Origin: Gammaproteobacteria bacterium RIFCSPLOWO2_02_FULL_38_11
GTDB taxonomy: Bacteria > Pseudomonadota > Gammaproteobacteria > HIGHO2-12-38-15
Direction: 5' to 3'
NCBI GenBank assembly: GCA_001801745.1
Contig: MGYM01000013.1
Span: 558-37,460, forward strand
DNA length: 36,903 nucleotides
In this document: piece by piece, positions 36,784 through 36,903 of the stretch
How the letters are laid out: every line of letters begins with the position of its first letter
Numbering within the stretch: position 1 is the stretch's first letter
Notes under the pieces: generated by a model
What the model was told of the DNA's origin: nothing
Database searches by the model: none
What the model saw: the letters and a program-made list of their open reading frames with translations, nothing else
Position numbers and translations under genes: made by a program

Positions 36784-36903
36784 ACCTGCTTTCAAAATAT
36801 TTTGCAAGATTTTGAAAGAGTCACACGTGAAATCTTGAAAATTAGAGAGCTTGGTTTTTAACTTAAACTCCTTTTTTTATCGCACCATCATACTTTTTCA
36901 CGT

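Noticed and set aside
36873-36903. A possible 3' end of a minus-strand gene at the right window edge. On the minus strand one frame reads ...REKV*, and another reads ...VKKYDGAIKKGV*.
   Set aside because: Only ~5-12 codons are visible and two frames are equally possible, so a feature call cannot be supported.

Overview
This is an AT-rich, tightly packed gammaproteobacterial chromosome segment. The taxonomy is inferred from gene content and synteny: amgK-murU lies divergent from lptD-surA-pdxA-rsmA, and queA-yajC-secDF-rplM-rpsI is present. A Legionellales-like intracellular lineage is plausible but not proven. All protein calls come from by-eye motif and homology recognition, because no database search was possible.

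Gene order:
- Minus strand: lhgO' <- AAA/SPOR protein <- pmbA.
- Plus strand: rsmE, an orphan MacB-type permease, sixA, hemF.
- Minus strand: murU <- amgK.
- Plus strand: lptD-surA-(317-bp spacer)-pdxA-rsmA.
- rlmJ (-), a HAD hydrolase (+), pyrG (-).
- Plus strand: tRNA-Leu(CAA)-queA-yajC-secD-secF-rplM-rpsI.
- Minus strand: serS <- argR, divergent from carA-carB::argF-argG-argH.
- A less conserved tail: class II Fic protein (+), kdsB (-), and an orphan ankyrin-like ORF (+).

Most interesting observations:
1. A single 1338-codon frame covalently fuses a complete CarB to a complete ornithine carbamoyltransferase. It sits in an ArgR-controlled ornithine-to-arginine module and has a shortened allosteric domain and an S-L-R-T-R carbamoyl-phosphate motif.
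2. A family of long nested palindromic repeat elements occurs in three copies. All three lie in gene-free spacers downstream of coding regions, and two share a conserved ~100-nt tail.
3. An auto-inhibited (class II) Fic protein is preceded by a 10-bp phased tandem repeat.
4. An orphan ORF has degenerate ankyrin-like repeats and an acidic C-terminal tail, which makes it an effector candidate.
5. A 49-codon ORF below the track's length threshold has a GGAGGA Shine-Dalgarno and a TGATG stop/start overlap with pdxA.
6. Tandem variant ARG boxes (TGTAT-W4-ATACA) sit in the argR/carA divergent promoter.

I saw no CRISPR array, rRNA, transposase or phage genes.
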